Below, one piece after another: positions 63,804 to 64,000 of a DNA stretch of 64,000 bases. This DNA comes from Enoplolaimus lenunculus (Eukaryota), in the NCBI GenBank assembly GCA_030248215.1, contig JASANG010000641.1, forward strand, positions 186,001 through 250,000, given 5' to 3'. Numbering within the stretch: the stretch's first letter is position 1; each line of letters begins with the position of its first letter. Both the position numbers and the translations under genes were made by a program. The notes below the pieces were generated by a model. That model saw only the letters and a program-made list of their open reading frames with translations, was not told where the DNA came from and did no database searches.

Positions 63804-64000
63804 GTAAATGTGTGTAAGGTTGTGACGGTTTTATAATGTTGATATAGTCTCTGTAAGAACATGAATGAGATTGTTTATTTTAATCATTTTGTAAAACAGA
63901 TGACTTTGAAAGCAGACCACAGTTGTAAATTCGCATTCCCACAAGTTTTTATACCCGGAGCATAATTAAAGAAGCAACCCAATACGACAGCAAAGATTGT

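Overview
AT-rich, intron-containing genomic DNA from an invertebrate animal; the species cannot be fixed from sequence alone. I reconstructed five spliced genes by hand from GT-AG sites and codon phase: TMF1 (- strand, 3' end outside the window), a DUSP23-like phosphatase with a long Arg-rich N-terminal extension (+), FRMD4 (-, 22 exons), RFWD3 (-, 13 exons) and the 5' part of a type II activin/BMP-family receptor (+). Introns and intergenic DNA are dense in short non-autonomous DNA transposons: many hAT-type MITEs with 8-bp TSDs, CAC-terminal elements with 2-bp TSDs, a piggyBac-like MITE carrying a Pol III A/B box, and Harbinger-like relics. No transposase gene was found. The most unusual items are a ~1.5 kb direct-repeat-flanked cassette of three tRNA-like sequences (60.07-61.54 kb), the extended DUSP23, the tRNA-bearing piggyBac MITE, and a TMF1-FRMD4 linkage that matches my recollection of human 3p14. 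Gene names come from my recall of family sequences, not from a database search.
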